A DNA stretch of 24,000 nt from Acaryochloris sp. IP29b_bin.148 (GTDB lineage Bacteria > Cyanobacteriota > Cyanobacteriia > Thermosynechococcales > Thermosynechococcaceae), in NCBI RefSeq assembly GCF_028285565.1, contig NZ_JANQOY010000035.1, positions 4,406-28,405 on the forward strand. Reading direction: 5' to 3'. The position numbers and the translations under genes are program-made. Below are positions 23,770 to 24,000 of the stretch, one piece after another (the first letter of the stretch is position 1; each line of letters begins with the position of its first letter). A model generated the notes under the pieces. It was not told where the DNA came from. It worked only from the letters and a program-made list of their open reading frames with translations, and did no database searches.

Positions 23770-23957
23770 GTAAAAAGAAGCGCTTCTTACTACGACTCGA
23801 TCCCACCCTCTATGACACTCTGGAACGCTGGGCGGCGGATGAACTGCGCAGTGTCAACGCCCAAATTGAATTTCTCCTCAAAGAGTCCTCACGTAAAGCG
23901 GGCCGCAGCAAAGAAAACTCACAAGAGAGTGCTCAAGAACCCGACCCCAAACTTTAA
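23766..23957 (+). CDS. ribbon-helix-helix (Arc/MetJ-type) DNA-binding protein (63 aa)
   Basis: The GTG start overlaps the SPFH stop (GTGA at 23766-23769). [38 protein letters not shown] fits the RHH pattern (beta strand xRFxLRLxxxL, then ...RSxNAxIxxLL). Confidence 0.65.
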   Translation: MSKKKRFLLRLDPTLYDTLERWAADELRSVNAQIEFLLKESSRKAGRSKENSQESAQEPDPKL

Positions 23958-24000
23958 TCCCCAGTGCCACGATATTCCCAGATGTCACCCTTCCAAGAAC

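Overview
This is probably cyanobacterial chromosomal DNA: the HIP1 palindrome GCGATCGC occurs 10 times exactly in 24 kb. Contents from left to right follow. (1) 251-595 holds one small hypothetical gene. (2) 861-10152 is an all-minus-strand cluster of eight genes, each starting with a prepilin (class III) signal. Five are pseudopilin/minor-pilin genes with G|FTLxE, and three are large (449/513/517 aa) PilX_N/GspK-style proteins lacking Glu+5. They form two paralogous modules (4170->861 and 10152->4664) with the same gene order. No major pilin, motor, secretin, prepilin peptidase or PilY1-like gene is in the window. (3) 10546-12297 holds a small secreted protein and a 2TM-HAMP-GGDEF diguanylate cyclase with an intact RxxD I-site. 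(4) 13005-15014 holds a MacB/DevCA-type ABC permease and ATPase without an adjacent membrane-fusion gene. (5) 15015-18816 is a 3.8-kb AT-rich tract that is about 69 % non-coding. It contains a 65-aa Cys-rich membrane peptide with its own terminator, an M23 metallopeptidase and several strong inverted repeats, including a perfect 18-bp hairpin. (6) 18817-22277 holds a Tat/lipobox solute-binding protein followed by a Cache-HAMP histidine kinase, with no transporter or response-regulator partner. (7) 22336-23957 holds a small secreted protein, then an SPFH/band-7 protein translationally coupled (GTGA) to a ribbon-helix-helix protein. I found no rRNA, tRNA, CRISPR array or intact IS. The double minor-pilin module is the most system-like and least conventional part. 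Its novelty cannot be judged without database searches.
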